Below are positions 61,167-64,000 of a stretch of 64,000 nt of DNA, piece after piece. Both the position numbers and the translations under genes were made by a program. Source of the stretch: Lepidodermella squamata (lineage: Eukaryota; Animalia; Gastrotricha). Position 1 is the stretch's first letter. Each line of letters opens with the position of its first letter. Under the pieces are notes generated by a model. It was not told the DNA's origin. It saw nothing but the letters and a program-made list of their open reading frames with translations, and did no database searches. The stretch lies in NCBI GenBank assembly GCA_047495785.1, contig JBLDXI010000009.1, positions 3,038,001-3,102,000 of the forward strand. Direction: 5' to 3'.

Positions 61167-63643
61167 ATGATTTTCTCAACACTAGCTGTTACTGCTTTGC
61201 TGAGCTGTATTTCAGCAAAGCCGATTGATCCATCAGTTGGCGTTGGATCTTGCACAACTCGAGGTTGCGTCGTGGCAGCTGATTTCATTCTAAGCAATCT
61301 GGACTTGACTGCAGACCCATGTGAAGACTTCTATCAGTTCGCCTGTGGTGGATATGCTGCTAATGCGGTTGTTAAAAGCGGCCGTATTTTTCAGACTGCG
61401 ATGGATGACATTTTCGATAATATGGCCAAGAAGGCTTTGGCAGACTTCAACAGCGAAAATGCATCAAGCCTAACCTCGGCTGAGAAAAAGTTTATGCAGA
61501 TAATACAGTCATGCAAGACTGACGGTTTGGATCGCTTCGATGACGTCGAATCATCTATCGCGTTTCTTCGCAATCTTGCTCGAGATGTCGGTGGGCTGTA
61601 CGTTAGCGAGGATGAGGTCAAAGCGCGATTGGAGCACGTCCTTCCGGCGACATTTTTCTTTAAAAAAACTGCTTTCTTCTCTATTGACATCGATGTAAAT
61701 CCGTCGAATGCTTCCGAGTATCAGCTGTTTCTTGGCCCGAGAATGACGCCATTTTTCGGTGACCAAACCAAAGCTCGAGCTTTGATTGATAGTGATCAAG
61801 ATAACGAAACAATCAGCGATGTCAAAGAAATGTACGTCACCGAGGTTACCAGGCTGTTCAAGGCGATCATACCTAGAAGGGACCGTTACTCAGTTTCTGA
61901 CACCTACTTCAAGGATTTGGTTGAGTTTGAGTTCGCGTTAGCCTTGGTAAGGAAAACTAGCTTAATAGACTCTTTCTAAAAGTTTATTCTGCAGATCACA
62001 CCAAAGAAGACAGAACCAGGTGTTAAGAGTAATAACGACGTGGAAAATGCTAACTTTGTCGAAAACAAAGAAGACAGATTTGATGAGCGCTTGGAAGAAC
62101 TGCAGAAAGTTAGTCCGAACATCGACTGGGAAGAATCTTTTCGTGCGTTGGGAGGCATGGCGGACGTCCCATCACTCGGCTCAAAGGATCTTCGGGTTTC
62201 CTTCCGCAGCAAAACCTATTTCGAAAAGCTATCTGAGCTAATCGGCCAGACCAAGGCTAAACTCGGCGCCGATCGTAGCAAACGTGTGTTTCAAAACTAT
62301 GCTGTCCTAACAGCAATCGATGCATTCAACGATGAAATTGCCTGCGATATATCTGCACCCTGGTACCAGCTTCAGGCCGTCGCGCGGTCTACCGCTGAGT
62401 CTGAGCGCCTTGATGACGAGGCGTACTGCAAGAATCTTAAATCTGTCCATCCAGCGTGCGATGACTTGGTCCAGCTGTACCTCGACGATCACTTCGTCGC
62501 CCGTCGTTTCTTGAAACGATACTTCTCGAATGAAAACGTTGACTACCTATCGAACATGACTAATCTAGTTCTGGCAGAAATTCACGACGCTTTAGATAAG
62601 GTGACGTGGTTGGACGACAAGTCAAAGGCCGCCGTCAAGCTCAAGATCGAACAGATGAAATTTTCGATAGGCTTCCCGCCAGGCTTGATGAGCGAAGCTT
62701 ACGATAAGAAGTATGATGCTCTTACAGCCATGGGGCCAGATTTCGTGCACAATATTAAGGCTATTAGTAAATTCGTGAGCGTTCGCAGTTTGAGACAATT
62801 TAATGGTCCTGTTAATCGACTCGAGGAATTGTAATTGTTTTTTAATGCTAAAAAGCTCTGGTAAAATTACATTTTTCTTTCAGCTGGCAAGGCAGCAAGG
62901 TTGTGTTTCAAAATTCGCAATACAAGCGGACCCTAAATACGTTCGGCCTACTCGCCGGCCACTACGTTGCACCTTCTTTCCGCTTCGACTTTCCTGGTGC
63001 TTGGAATTGGGGGTTCCCCAGCCAAACTATTGGACATGGTTCGATTCATACTTTCAATTCTGAGTAACTTCAATTTATTTTCAAACAGAAATCATCCATG
63101 GCTTCGATAGCAGCGGAGTCGACTTCAATGCCTACGGTGAGGCTAAGCCGATTTTGGATGGGGCGGCGCTTGCTAAGTTCAAGGAGCAGCTGAAGTGCCT
63201 CGTCGATCAGTTCGAAGTACTGCGTCCGGAACCGCCCAAGTACGGTGAAGCCACTCTGGCTGAAAATGCTGCTGACAACGCCGGGCTGAAGTTCGCATAT
63301 GCAGCCTTCAAAAAAGCTTTCGGCGATGATGGACTCAAGAAGTTCGAAGTTCCAGGCGTTCCGCTGAACAACGACCAGATATATTTCGTCAGCAATGCGC
63401 AAAGTTACTGCCTAGTAGATAGTGAATCGGGGAAGTATAAGCTGACGCACGATGAGCATGCCTACCCTCCTTGGCGGTGAGTTTTCTCTACGGAAACAGT
63501 GATCAATTCATAACCTACTTGTTTACAGAGTTAATGAAGGCATGAAGAATTTTGAGCCATTCGCTACGGCTTTTAGCTGCCCAGTTGGTTCAAAGATGAA
63601 CCCAGAAGGATGGAAACGCTGCGATATCTGGGCACCCCAGTAA
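61167..63643 (+). CDS. Neprilysin/ECE-family (M13) zinc metallopeptidase, probably secreted
   Basis: Exons 61167-61946, 61995-62830, 62884-63038, 63089-63476 and 63528-63643. Motifs: CTTRGCV, DPCEDFYQFACG, WLD, IGHEIIHGFD (HExxH split by intron 63039-63088), ENAADNAG, DEH, FSCPVGSKMNP..CDIW. The N-terminus MIFSTLAVTALLSCISA looks like a cleavable signal peptide. Confidence 0.92.
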
Positions 63644-63776
63644 AACACTGCTATAAAGTTCTACCAACGGCAACATTCCATTGCTAACAAATTAGGACAA
63701 TATTATTAAGAAATCACTTATTTATTTCCTTTCAAGAATAGGAGCTTAGGTAATAATGGCAATTTTTTAGAATAAT

Positions 63777-64000
63777 TTAGGTTCTGGTTTCGATTTTGAT
63801 TTTCGGAAATGACATGTAGGGCGTAATAAAGGGAAGGCCCCATTTCTTCTTTTCCGTTCTCCATCGGCGGTATGTAGCTTCTTTCTCGTCGCCATGAATT
63901 TCGATATCGTATTTTGTTACAATATGCCAAATCACCAGTTTAATCACAGCGAGAGCATATCGAAAACCAAGGCACTGCCTCCTAGGATTGAGACCGAATC
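63777..64000 (-). CDS. Cytochrome P450, 3' end only (continues off the right edge)
   Basis: A frame absent from the ORF track reads FGLNPRRQCLGFRYALAVIKLVIWHIVTKYDIE...KKKWGLPFITPYMSFPKIKIETRT*. This is a heme-binding loop, L-helix and typical C-terminal beta region. Confidence 0.75.
   Translation of the reverse strand, partial: FGLNPRRQCLGFRYALAVIKLVIWHIVTKYDIEIHGDEKEATYRRWRTEKKKWGLPFITPYMSFPKIKIETRT

Noticed and set aside
63718-63930. 70-aa minus-strand ORF from the track
   Set aside because: Wrong frame; the overlapping frame carries the P450 heme motif.
1-64000. Prokaryotic operon, CRISPR or defence-system interpretation
   Set aside because: Pervasive GT-AG introns, poly(A) signals and animal gene families; no repeat-spacer array seen.

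Overview
Eukaryotic (invertebrate animal) genomic DNA from a compact genome with mostly 45-60 bp GT-AG introns. No CRISPR, rRNA or tRNA was seen, and gene models were assembled by hand from splice signals and homology. In order, the window holds: the 5' half of a divergent SARM1 (minus strand, runs off the left edge); two tandem clan-3 cytochrome P450s; two low-complexity hypothetical genes; a ~40 kb array (19.9-59.7 kb) of 12 apparently intact paralogous orphan class A GPCRs; a neprilysin pseudogene fragment; an intact, probably secreted neprilysin (M13); and the 3' end of a third P450 (minus strand, runs off the right edge). All 12 receptors have DRY changed to DH[Y/F], a very short N-terminus and a very large hypervariable ECL2. 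The best candidate for an undescribed system is two homologous two-exon genes inside the GPCR array (22896-23374 and 36378-36862). They encode ~140-aa secreted precursors sharing a 4-cysteine C-terminal domain (LCVxCFx/G..KLLxCLxxPP..RV..K..CP) that is split by an intron at the same position, so the ORF track hides it. With the adjacent neprilysin, this suggests a linked ligand-receptor-inactivating peptidase module. That functional link is inference and has not been demonstrated.
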